The notes beneath the pieces are model-generated. The model had not been told where the DNA came from, made no database searches, and was given only the letters and a program-made list of their open reading frames with translations. The translations under genes were made by a program, and so were the position numbers. From Geosiphon pyriformis uo1 (Eukaryota > Fungi > Glomeromycota), in NCBI GenBank assembly GCA_016748015.1, contig JAAOMT010000518.1, forward strand, positions 445,556 through 509,555: a stretch of DNA of 64,000 bases, in the 5' to 3' direction. Positions 40,659 to 53,347 of this stretch are shown piece after piece (position 1 is the first letter of the stretch; each line of letters begins with the position of its first letter).

Positions 40659-43600
40659 TACAACTAGGAAAGCTTATTTACTCTTGGTTTTTTGTATGAA
40701 TCCAAGATCTTTCATCCGGTTTATCTCTTTCTTAATAAACTCATTATTGTGTTGATTAGATTGATAATGCTTCAAATGGATGGGGTGAGTTTCTTTTGTG
40801 GTGATAGTGTGTTGTATTACATGAGTTTGTCTAGCGGTATCATCTTCTTTTGAGATAACTGGGCTATTTTTAGCCAACAGATTTTCAATGTCCACTTTTC
40901 TTTCTTCAGGAAAAGGTTCTCTTTGTTTTACAACTAATGATTGGATTTCAGGTGGTTCATTCTCAAAGAACTTTTGTACTTTTTTAAGTTCTTCTTAAGG
41001 TATCAAGCTAATTGGTTCCCAATTTTTGTAATAGATCAGGCAGGATTTGCATTTATCACTTGGTGAATACAAAGGTTTATTACACCAGCACCATGCACAA
41101 GGGCCATGCCACCAATAACTGTATTTGACTTTTTTGCCAGGTTTTTTGTCAAAAATTCTTCTGAGGATATTATAGTAGGGCCAGCAGATCAGTTTGCCAT
41201 TCACCATAATTCCTTCTTTGTTAGCTTTAACATTGTCCAGAGGCTTGCCATTGCTGGTAAAAATGGTATAGATGAGTTCAGCAGTTTCTTTTTGTTTTTC
41301 TTAATTTTTATCATCATTGCTCTTATCATTATCTGATTCATCTAATTGTTCTTCTTCTTGGTTTTGTTGGATTATTGAAAGAATTGTCCAATGATAGCAC
41401 TTAATCACAATAGGTTTCTCACCACATCTGATGGTTAGTTCACAAAGTTCATAATCAAGCAAGGCTTTTGTTTTCTTGAGCCATTTATTGCCAACTATTA
41501 TGGTGTATTCTTTTGCTTCAGATACTTCCATGTCAGTTTCAATGCTGATGCCATTAATTCGGACAGAAACAGCTTTGGCTATGCCAAATCTTTCTTTTTG
41601 TTACCATGTATATTGGTCATTGGTCTTGTAAATAGTTCATCAATTTTTCTGTCAATTGCTTCTAAAAAGTGTTTGGCAATAATACTAACCAATGATCTAC
41701 TGTCCAGGATCAAATCAATAAAGTAGCCAGCCACTTGGGCTTTGCAAATCAGAGGAGTGACATTGCTGTTGTCAGCAAATCCAGCTTAATGAGAGTGTTT
41801 ATTGGTTTTTGGTGTTTTCTTCTTTGGTATTAATAATTTGCAAAGGTCTTTTCTGAATTGGGGATGGGTTATTAACTGGCCAAAGGTAATGTAAGCAGAA
41901 GTTTCTATGAGATCTTTGACAACAGAATATGGTCCAGATTTTTGTACAATTTTTGGAGGTTCCAACTTTGGAGAATTTTTAAAAACTTTAGCTTTTGGTA
42001 GTTCATTGTTATTAGTGGTTGATGTGAAGGCTTTTTTTGGATTTATAACGAAATCAACTTTGGCTTTCTTCTTCTTTCTTGTTGGTTCAGAAGTGTTGAT
42101 TGCTAGTTCATTCATATCATGGTCATTATCAGTTAGGTTAAAAACATAAAAGAGGTTTTCTTCTGATTGGCTTGCACTCTTACCCTTTGGAGGTGTGCCT
42201 ACCAATTTAAAGGCTAATAAACAGTGGCTTTCACTAGGGGATTCTCTCCAAAGAAATTGATGTTGGCATGATTGGGTCTTTGATTGGAAACATTATTATT
42301 GTTGGGTCTGTTATTCTGGGTGTCATTATTTCTAGGAGCTGGAGGGAGCAATAGAAGATTGTTACAGTCTCTTGAGAAGTATTCAGTTAATTCACAGCAA
42401 TAACACACAGATGAGTCACAATTTTGCTGTTTTTAATATAGTAGTTGTTGGGGCTGATTTAAACAGGATTCAAATCTGGGTCTTTGGGATTGTTGGTTGT
42501 CTCTGACTGCTTAAGCTAATGGTTCTAATAGCCAAGCAAGGTTAGCAGTAAGTCTGTCTATTAACTGTTCATTAAGATCTTGAGTATGAGTGGCAAAAGA
42601 AGTTGCAGCCATTTGTGGAGCTAGAGCCATAGCAGGAGCAGGAGCAAAAACTGGAAGTGTAAATCCCAAATGCATCCTTTGGTTATCTTCAATTCTTTGT
42701 TCCAGTTTAATAGCCATGTCCATTGTTGGGTTGTGTTTTAAAGCCAAGAGAGGCCAAAAAGCATATGATAGATCAGTTCTTAATCCTTTTGTAAAGGAAT
42801 GGATCTTTTGCTCTTTTGTTTAGTTTCTTCCAGAGTCTACATATTTGATTAGCTTTCTGATAGCTTTGGCATATTCAGTCACTACTTCTCCAGGGCCTTG
42901 GGTTTTTCTTTCCAATTCCATGTGCCATTTGGATATTAATATTGGAGTTCTGAACTTGATCTCAAACCAGGTAGTGAAAGAGGTATTTTCTTTTTCAGTA
43001 TTGGTTGGTATCCATCTAATTATTTGGTGTTGAGCATTGGCATCTGTTTCTTGTGAGAACCAGGTAGCAGGAGAGTCTTGGAAATAGCTGCCAACGATTT
43101 GGAACTTGTATTTTTTATCATACTGGTTGGCTGTGGCAGCTCTTTTAAAATCATTTAATCATTCAATTGGATCTTGTGCATCACCTCTAAATAGTGGTAG
43201 TGGGGTATTGTTTCTTCTTCCTAGAGTAGTTTGTATATTTTGGAGGGCAGCCAGAATGTTTGCTTGCATGGAGTCATTAGCCATTGGTTTAGGGATAACT
43301 GTTTGTGTAGATGAGTTTAATTTGCTTGATAAAAGATCAAAAACAGGAGCAGTTTAGTAGCTTTCTTCTTCTGTTTCAAAGAAAATTTCAGTTGCTTAAT
43401 GGGCAGCAATCCAAATGTGGATTTGATGATTCAGATATTCGAAATCAGAAGGCTGTTGTTCAAAAATTGTAGAATACAAGAGCTGATTGATACTGTTGTT
43501 TCTTTTTTTAAAGTTGTCTTCAAAATAAGCTTGATCAAAGTAATAGATTGTATAAGCTGTGTAGGTTTCAGCTGAATGCTCATTTAGGAACCAGTTCCAA

Positions 43601-44336
43601 AAGTCTTGGAATTGTCTGCTGGATTGTTCTTTAATGGGAAAGCAAATCAAGCAGGAGGACAAAGGATTGAGTTCAATAAAGTCTAGATTGTTTTTGTTGT
43701 GTACTTTAAAGTGTTTTTCTGATTGTTGTAGCAAGTATAAATAATCATTCATACAATAAGAAACAAAGTGGATTTTGACAACCTTACAGGGAGCACCACT
43801 TTTATGTTACAGATTGGAGTAACAAGCTAATAGATAGCAAGGGAGAACAGAATTGTAAGGTAATGAAAATAATCAAAGAGAATTCAACTTCAAAGAGCGA
43901 ATTGAATAAATATAAATTCAATGTGTAAAATCAGTCTCATAAAATATCTCAGTTACTATTCTTTTCAAAAAATAACTGGGGAATCTGAAGATAGAGAGAT
44001 AGTCTATACTATCAACAAATAATCACACTTGGTATAATTCTATGCCTTATATCGGTGCTCTTAAAATTCAATATCAAGTATCAGATGTGCTTTTTAGTCA
44101 CATTTTATTCAATAATCTTCAAATGCTATACTTATACATTTCAGAAAAAGGATAAGAATTAACTAACAAGTAATTTTTTATCTCAAGATGTTTGGATACT
44201 TGAAGATAGGGAAAGAGAAATTAGCAATAAGAGAATAATTGAGATGAAAGTTGTTATTTTATTTATTTTTGATTATTTTGAACATGCTTTTTTATAGCTA
44301 AGAGATTCATCACTTATATAGCTGTCAAAAGTGGTT

Positions 44337-44464
44337 AATGATCAGGTCAATGACTAGGTTAATAATTAGGTCAATGGTCAAGTCAATGATTAGGTCATTA
44401 ATCAGGTTAATAATCAGGTTAATAATCAGGTTAATAGTCAGGTCATTGATCAAGTTAATGATCA
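44337..44464. repeat. 12-bp tandem array (AATGATCAGGTC) in the LTR of D
   Basis: 10 full units here, 2 in the other LTR (~37359-37382) and a longer decayed array in G (~35650-35815). Confidence 0.88.
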
Positions 44465-47400
44465 CTATCTAAAAATAGTGTGGCTAATTTATATAACATC
44501 AGTGGCTAATACATGTAATAATTAATAAGAAATATAAGTTTCAACCATAACACTATTTTACACAAACAGCTACCTCTGAATCAATGACTGCTGATCTTAT
44601 ATAAACAAACATCTTGGCCACTCTTCAAGATATACAAACTGCTTTAGAATAAAAAAATAACACTTTATTACCATTATTTAAAAGTGATATTTAAAACTCA
44701 ATTAAATAATTAGATAATTTTGAAAAAACAGTTACAGTTAACCAATATAATATTGAATACAAATTCCAAATTGTTGGTGGCTATCTCCAAGGTTTTTTTG
44801 CCACTTGGTTTTTACAAAAAACTAATATTAATACTTATTAAAAAATTATTAGATAAACACCAACAAATACCAGAAAAAAAAACATTTTTTTTATTACTTG
44901 GTTTAAAAACAAATTTAGAACTTCTATTTTGATTTCTAAATAGCATATGAAATTAGAAAAAAGAACTTAAAGTTTTAATAAAGTTGTAATTAAATACACA
45001 AAAGCAATTAAAAAGCTTATTAAAATAGTAAACTTTGAAAAAAATAAGATTAAAAAACAAAAAATTCACTCCTTTACAAAAAAATTGAGAATTAACTTAT
45101 CTTATGCTTTGTAGTCTCTCTTGGCTCTAAAAAATAATCTCACAATAAATATGGTCATTGAACTTACACAAAAAATTAAAAACAATTAAAGAATATATTT
45201 GGAATTTTCTCTTTTAGTTTTTGTTTTTGCTTCTATTTTGGCTTCTGCTTTTTAAATAACTACTATTTTTTTGCAATTCAAACCCAAGATTCCAATAAAC
45301 AATTGATAGATAAACTTATAACTAATTTTGTTTGGTTACTAAAGTTTTTAGTTCAAGCAGTGTTACGGGTAAACTTGGTGGATAATGAAAATAGTAATGT
45401 TTGGTGCTTTCAATTATTGGTAATATGTTTTCTATGTAATTCTGTTGGCTTAGTCTCAATTATCAGTTTCTGAAGGTCTATTTCTGAATGTGAATTTACC
45501 TGTTGAGTTCTTTAATTATAAGACACAGAGTTTGTCTTTTGTGGATTGCAATGTCTTCTATAAATGTAAGCTTTTCTTTTCTGAGCTAATAAGCACAGTC
45601 ATTAAGGTCTGGTAGTGTCTTTTTGTCTTTCTGGTAAGCTAACAAGATAACGTTAATATCTAAAACCTAAGGGGAACCTCCCTCTTTTACCAGGCTATCA
45701 CGAAGTCTATTCTCAGACAGTCAATTTTACTATGTTGCCACTCTACAAAAAAAAATAAGAAAAAAAAAGAAAAAAAAAGATAAATTAGTATTATCAACTA
45801 CCATGATTAAGAGCGATTGGTCCAAGTTGTTAATAGTTCAAGACAGTTATGCTAAAAGCATTTGTCCTGGAACAAAGGTATGAAACAATAGTCAATTCAC
45901 GTAAATTCTACACAGTTTGAGAACATAAATTCATGATTCTAATTTCTCAATAATTGATTTATTTCAAAAGATGAATATGAAATATAATAAATAAGAAGGG
46001 GGTATAGATATTTGTTTCTTGTCTAGTGGTTCATATCTATCTCTGCTCTTTTCTACTTTCTACTACTACTTGCTTTTATACATTCTTTTGGTTTTACAGA
46101 ATTGCTTCTGATTGTTTTGTTATTAATAATTATTGCTTTGTTATTTTTGTTATTGCTTCGTTCTTCTATGTTATTACTAGTTATCCTATATTATAACACG
46201 TTTTCTAGTGTTATTTTGTGTTATCTCACATTGTAACATGTTATCTTGTGTTATCCTAAGTTATAACATGTTATTCAATGTTATTGTGCGCTATCCTAAG
46301 TTATAACGCATTATTCAACATTATTGCATGATATTCTGTGTTATATCATGTTTTGGTCACGTTTCTTCATAACTTCAGATTGGTTTTTCTACTTGGATAA
46401 CATTATCTCTCTCTTTTTAGAATTAAGCTCCTACAAAATTGTATGTATCTGTTTCTATGTCTTTGTTTGTGTAATGTTTGATTGTTGCATTGAGTATTGT
46501 TTTTCATAGGTCTTCAAACTGTCAATTGGTAATTCGTCCTATGTTGTTAACTGTTATCATTTTTATAGATTTATGCAGCAGTACGTTTGGACAATGTTGA
46601 AAAGCAGCATATAGTTAGTATGCTGTTTTGTAATATAATATCAAGTTGCTACTTCTTACAAATTTTTTTACTTGTTGCATTGCTTCTTTGTTGAAAGTTT
46701 TCTGGCTGAGATCTCCATATAATGTCTTCAAATCTAGTTGTTTACCAATTTTGTAAAACCAATATGTTGAAGGCAGTCTTTCTTTCCATTCCTGGGCATT
46801 GTTACAGATAATTATTTGGGGTCTCAGATCAAATAACAAATCCATAACTTGGTGCTCAATATCTACTCTAATGGCTAATGGTAATAATATTGGTATGTTG
46901 TCTTTATCTAAAAGTTTTGATTGAGAGTCCTTTGTATAATATACAGAGATTCAATGACAATGTAGTTGGTTGGTGAGTTGTGTTCCCAATTTCTGTCTTC
47001 AGCTTGGTAGCTAGTTTATTCTGACATTCATGCTCTTCTGATAAGCTATCCATTAATATATATATAATTGTTATCCTTATTTCTGGGTCTTTTACCAGAC
47101 TATCCGTAACATCAATTACTCAGCACTTTTAATCCCTAATCAGTTAGTATACAACAATAAAATCAAGAAAATAAAATAAAAGAAGAAAAATAAAGAAATG
47201 AGCCAAGGCAATACACAAGTTAGGATCTGTTAATAGTCATGATCAAGAGCTATTGTTCTAATGTAGTTAAGTATCAATTGCTATCAACATGAAGTGTTGA
47301 TAGTAGAGAGTAAATTGAAATAGTGAATAATTATTTATTTAATATTTGTAAATAGAAAGTTGCTTAAATAAAATCTAAACTGAGAGGTCTCTAATAGAAG

Positions 47401-47735
47401 GATTCTGCTTTTTTTCTACTTTTAACACTACTGCTATATATACATAATTGATGTTCTATGGGATTGTTCACATTTCTGAGCAATGTGTTATGATTTTTTG
47501 AGCAATGCTTACATTGTAGAGCAATATGCCCTAGTTTTCTAACATTGCTCCACATTGCTGAGCAATGTGCCATGTTTTCTGACATTGTTTCATATTGCTG
47601 AGCAATGTGCCATGATTTCTGTCATTGTTCTACATTGCTGAGCAATGTGTTCACATACTATATACTATTCACTTATTGGTCTATTATTTCTCTATATCTG
47701 TTTTCTTTTTATGAGTAATATTATCTTCTCTTTTT

Positions 47736-48371
47736 TTAATATTGAGCTCTGTTGAAATCTTCATTCTGAATTAGCTCTAATACTTTTTTTTTTAGTATTG
47801 TTTGTTTGACTTTATTTTTCACATCTTCTACTTGTACATTGTTCATTCTTTCCCATTGATTAATGGTTATGGTTTCCATGTTAGAGTGTAACAGTATTTC
47901 TGGATAGTTCTGAAATATGTTGTGCAGTCAATAAATTGTTCTCACATGTAATGTTGAGTTCATTTTTTTTCCAATAAATTTTTCAATTTGCTGTATTATG
48001 TTTTGGTTAAATACTCTCTTGGATTTGTCAATGTACAACTCCTGAATATTCAACTTTCGACCTAACTGGTAGTAACAGTATGATATTGGAAGTTGTTTTG
48101 TCTATTGTTTTCAATTCTCTTTTATAAGTTCTTTTGTTGGTGCCATAATAGGTTTTTTCTCAAAAGTGTTCTTTACTTTTTCTATTATGTTATTTGACCA
48201 GTTTTTATCACTTTTTGGTATCTGCTGATATGGTGTATTCTTTGTCTTTCTTTTGGTGTTTTGATAGCAGATTGTTTGGTTGTTAACAATAATTTCCATG
48301 TCTAATAATTGTTGACTTAATGCCTGGAATAATAATTGAGCTATGGTGTGAATATAATCTGGTATTTTCAT
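47736..48371 (-). pseudogene. ORF3 of element E (~211 codons)
   Basis: MKIPDYIHTIAQLLFQ...QLPISYCYYQLGRKLNIQELYID...EDFNRAQY*. The 636 nt carry no net frameshift. Confidence 0.78.
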
Positions 48372-51300
48372 TTTCTTGGTTGCTTTTGTCGCGTATACTG
48401 TGTCTTTATATACTTTTTTTTTATTGTTTGATTTTACATGTTTGGTTTAATGATTATGATTGGTTTCAAATCTTGTGGATTCTCATCTGGTTGGACTAGT
48501 ATTTGTTGTACTCCTAATTGTGGAATGTTATTGGTGGATGATGATGCTATTTGGTGATATGGTTTCAGTCAATTACTATGTACTGCTTTGGCTAAGATTT
48601 TGTTGTTTCATCTTAGTTTATAAGCTCAATTTCAAGAATTTCTTTTATGTGAAATGGTCTATCCCATTTGGGGTCAAATTTTTCACTCCATTGTTTTTCC
48701 GCTTTGGTACAATGTAAAAGTACTTTGTCTCCAATCTTGAATTCAATTGGTTTGTCTAATAGTTGATTATCATGTCTTTTTTTTTGTTTTTCTTGTGATT
48801 TTTGGATGTTATCAACTGCTCTTTGCCATTTATTTTCTAATGTTTCCATTAAGTCATATGTTTTTTTTAGCAATATTTCCTAAAAATTGTCTTCAGTTAT
48901 TGGTTCTGTTGGATAAGTGGTAACTTCCATCTCAATTGGTAATGTTGCTGTTCTACCATATACTAATTCAAATAGTGTTGCTTGTGTAGTGTCTTGTTTC
49001 ATTGTTTGATAAGCAAATAATACTAATAGTATGAACAAATCTTATTTGTCCTGATTTTTTTAACTGATTTTGGCAATTGCTTTGCACAATGTTCTGTTAA
49101 ATCTTTCAACTAACCCATTTGTTTGTGGATGGTATGGTGATGATAATGGTCTTTTGATTCCAAATCTCTGACTTAATTCTGCTAATGTTCTGTTCACAAA
49201 GTGAGTTCCTTAATTTGATAATAGTTTTTTTGGACATCCATGTCAACAAATCAAATCTTGATGAACAAATTCAGCAATGAATTCTGCATCTGCTCTTTGA
49301 ATGGCTTTTGCTTTTGGCCATTTAGTGAAATAGTTCATGGCTACTGTGATATATCTGTTGCTTCTGCTGGTGATTGTTAATGGTCTGACTAAGTCAATTC
49401 CAATGTGATCAAATAGTTGTCCTACTTTAATTGGTCTTAATAATTCACTTGGTCTTGTTCTACCTCTTCTCTGACAAGCATCACAATTTTGAACATATTG
49501 GATAATGTCTGGATACATCGATGGCCAATAATATCTTTTTCTGATTCTTTCTATGGTCACTTTTTTATAAAAATGTTCTGCTGTTGGGTCTGAATGCATG
49601 TTGAATAATATTGTCTCTTTCTCTGGTTCTGTGATTACTCTAGTTGGTTAATCTAGATTTCTTCTGTTCTTCTGGTAAAGTATATTTTGATGGTTGATAA
49701 AATATTTTGATTGTTGTTTTATGTTTCTTTGTTTTTTTTGAGATAATTTCTCCTTGAACAATTGGGTATTTATATAATATTGAAGTTGTTGGTATTTTTG
49801 TATATTCATCTTTTGTTATATTTTTGGGTTGGAATGTTTTTAGATTTGTCTCATTCGCAACAGTCTGTCAGCATTTCTATTGTCTTTTCCCTTTTTATAA
49901 TGTACTGTATAATTAAATGGTGAAAGTTCTATTTTCTATCTGGCATGATGATTGTCTGCAAATTCTTGTTTTTGGATTGAAGTCAATCCTTTGTGGTCAG
50001 TATACACATCAAACTTTTGACTCAAGTATTCCTTCTATTTGATAACAGCCCAATAAATAACTAAGTGTTTTAGTGCTAAAGTTCCATAGTTTTTCTCAGC
50101 TGAACTTAAGCTTCTACTGTTGTAAGCTACTGGATGTTCTCTTCCATTAGGTCTTTTCTGTAAGAGTACTGCTCTCAATGCTTGGCCTGATGCATCAGTG
50201 GTAATTATAAATGGTTTGCTGTAGTCTGAATACATCAATACTGGAGCTTGGATAAGCTTTCTTCTTAATATATCAAAAGCTTCTTGTTGAGTTTCTGTCC
50301 ATTTATACTTCACATTCTTTGTTTGGAGTTGGTGTAATGGTTGAGCTATTTTGGAAAAGTCTTTAATAAAGCAGTAGTAGTATCCAGCAAATCCCAAGAA
50401 TGCTCTTAATTCTGTAAGATTATTTGGTACTGGAAAGTTCTTGACAATCTCAATTTTGTCTAAATCTGTTTTGATTCCATTTTTGCTTACCACATGTTCT
50501 AAAAACTTGAGTTTAGTTTTTTTAAAGAAACATTTGGTCATATTTAGCTTTAGTTCGGGTTTTCTTAATCTTTCAAACACTTATTGGAGATGATGCAGAT
50601 GATCATCAAATGTTTTTGAGAACACATTGGTGTTATCCAAGTATACAACTACTAATTTCCATAGTAATCCAGTATAGACAATTTCCATAAGTCATTGGAA
50701 TGTTGCTGGAGCATTCATCAAGCCAAATGGCATGATTTCAAACTCAAAATTTCTTTCTCTTGTGGTAAACACTGTTTTTTTTTTGTCAGCTGGATCCATA
50801 GCTACTTGCCAGTAACTACTATCTAAGTCCAGTGTTGAGAACCATTTATTTCCTCTAAAAGCATCAAATAGTTCTTGGATCTTTGGAGTTGGATAGCTAT
50901 TATCTTTTGTTACTCTATTCAGTTTTTGGTAGTCTACACAAAAGCAGATTTTTCCATTCTTCTTATGAACTAGTACTACTGGTAATGGCCATGAACTCAT
51001 TGATGACTGAATTAGTCTATTGTTAAACATTCGGTTGATTTCTTGATGAATAATCTCATAACTAACTGGTGGTATTCTGTATGTTCTTTGTTTAATTGGC
51101 ATTGCATCTCCAGTCTTGATCTGATGTCAGATGATGTTGGTTTGGCCAAATTCATTTTTACTAGCAAAGATGTCATTGAAATTGTTGAGTAACATCTTGA
51201 GTTGCATCTGTTGAAGTGGATCTAGATTCCCTATGTTCATCTGTTCCAATTGTTTTGGTTGGAGCAGATAACATTCACTTTGTCTGTAGATGATTTGTGA

Positions 51301-51659
51301 TGTAATGTCCACATATCCACAAAGCTGTGGAAAATCTGGAATGTGATTTGGTGGTTGATCCTCAACTTCAGTGGTTAAATATCCAATAATAGTTCCTTTT
51401 GGTATTTTAATAATACTTTCTGTTGTGTTGTAGATAGGAATTTTAATATTTTTGGGGCTTTTGGCTGATATATAGAGATTAGTAAGTCCAATCTCTCTTG
51501 ATTCACAAATAGTGGCTGCTACTTCAAACAACTGAGCTTACTTCCCTTTTTATGGCTAACATATATTGGTCATATGATGGAATGGAAATTGATTAATGAG
51601 TTGAGATAATTTCTTCTTTGTCAACAATTTTTTTCTCTGCCATATTGACTGGTATGTCT

Positions 51660-52057
51660 ATTCTACCCATTGATCCAAATTTCTGTATCCCTCTTGTTGT
51701 TATACCTAGTTTTTCTTTCTTTCCCACTGAAACTAACTGAGCTATTTTCACCAGAGATAAAAATATTGCCTGTGCTATTTTTTTATTTGGTTCTATAATA
51801 TAGACCTTTTTTAAATTATTTTGTAGCATGACAATGATATTTCCTACGTATTCCACATCAATTATCTCTTTTCTGATGTTGATTCTTTTTTTCACTAAAC
51901 TACTCCTAGATGCTAGTTGAACCATGGTTATTGCTGGAATTTCCAAAGCTATTTTGAGATCAATACATGTGTGTAAATTTGGTTCCAATTTGATGGCTTT
52001 TTTTCCCAGATATCTCAGATTAAACCCTGCATCAGTATTATGTACACATTCTGGCAT
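51660..52057 (-). pseudogene. Trimeric dUTPase domain in pol of element E
   Basis: Motifs 1-5, partly mutated: DAGFNL, ASRSSL, IIDVEYVGNI, KIAQAIF, RGIQKFGSMG. Confidence 0.92.
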
Positions 52058-53347
52058 AATACTTTCATTATTATCATTATATTATTTGAGTTCCTGCTCC
52101 TTAGAGAGATCAAGAAGCACAATGTATATTTCAGGGTTTGAATTGGAGTCTGAATTATTAATATTTTTGTTGTCATATTGCATGGAGCTAAAACTGTTGT
52201 TTTCATTATTATCATTGTCAAAATTTGAATTGGGATTGAAAACTGATTTCAATTCTGATGCACAGCTGCTGATTAGTTCTTCTTCTGGGATTGTGTAGAT
52301 CATGCATGATGGTGGATTGTAAATGAGATCACACTTATTACAATATTGAAAGTCACAGAGAATTAAGCAATATTGACATAACTGAGTATTTAACTGCTCC
52401 AAACGCTGCTCTTGTTCTTCTCTGATAGGTGCTAATTTTTGATAATGTTCATGGAATTGTTCTGGATCTAGGAGATTTATGACTAGTTCTGGGCTCCAGT
52501 CAAGTTCTATAGGTTCAGATGAGTTATTTTTAATCATTTTTATTTCTTTTGGGATTGCTTCTTCAATTTTGGTGAGTGCCATTCACCAGATTTTGTCATC
52601 ATTATGTGGGCACCTGTCCAGATGTTTGACAGCTTGTCTCCAGGCAGTGTCTATGGGCATTTTTTTTCTTATCCAGTTGCTTATGAGAATTGTGTATTGA
52701 CATGATTTGTTACACGTTCCTCCTTGCCCAGGAATGTTGTTCCACATTCCTTCATCCAGAAGAGTTTCTCCACAAGCCAAGCATGGTTTGTTATTCCATT
52801 TTCCTACTTGTTTTGGTCTTCCAAAGCATTCTATGACACATGCACAACAGTAGAATTTGGTCATTATTTGGTATTCTTTATCATTGCCACAGCATATGCC
52901 CATTAATAACAATTTCTTGCCACAATCAACACACACCAGTTTTGAACAACAATAAGCAGATTGTTGTGGTATAGTGTAAGAATTATATGTGGTAGTGCTG
53001 GTGGATATTGATCTTTCTTCCTTTCTCTTTCTTTTTTCTTTTGTCTTTTCTTCCTATTCCCAAGCTGGTTCTTCTGAATTGTGGTTGGTTTCTCAGTTTT
53101 GGTTGGCATTCCAGATAAGTTCTTTTCTCTGCTTTTTTTTGCTGTTGTTGTCTCATGAAAGTACTGGCAGCAGCTTGTTGTGTTTTGTATTGGTCCAGAA
53201 AACTTGGTAGGCTTTCCAGATAGGTTTCTTCTCTTCTTTCTTGAATTCAATAAGTGGTGTTGTTGAGTTAGTGGTCTTGAAATAGCCACATGTGGCTGGT
53301 ACACATGTGTGTTGACCATTTTGGCTCAGTTGAAGTTTCTGCATTGT

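Larger units (their letters stand above)
36827..44552 (-). mobile_element. Full-length Ty3/Gypsy element D (no dUTPase)
   Basis: LTRs 43805-44552 (5') and 36827-37478 (3'); TSD CTAT/CTAT; PBS 43782-43798. Contains gag with decayed CCHC, protease LILDS, a Cys-rich insert, RT-RNase H ORF 39654-40658 (YLDD), integrase ~38230-39250 and ORF3. Confidence 0.95.
35561..45360 (+). mobile_element. Old Gypsy copy G (same family as D): 5' LTR 35561-36334, PBS, gag; split by D and cut by F
   Basis: LTR homologous to the D LTRs with the 12-bp array; decayed PBS at 36341-36357. ORF 36387 matches ORF 43396-43752. gag resumes at 44553. Confidence 0.85.

Noticed and set aside
46615-46845. 76-aa ORF as an independent gene
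   Set aside because: Chimera of the E LTR end and the interrupted ORF3 of F.
48430-48620. Chromodomain at the integrase C-terminus
   Set aside because: Only an SH3-like fold and a short tail are visible; no Y.VKW.G motif.
51593-52057. Host DUT1 gene or captured host mRNA
   Set aside because: It is intronless, embedded in pol at the same position in several elements, and mutated like the TE.
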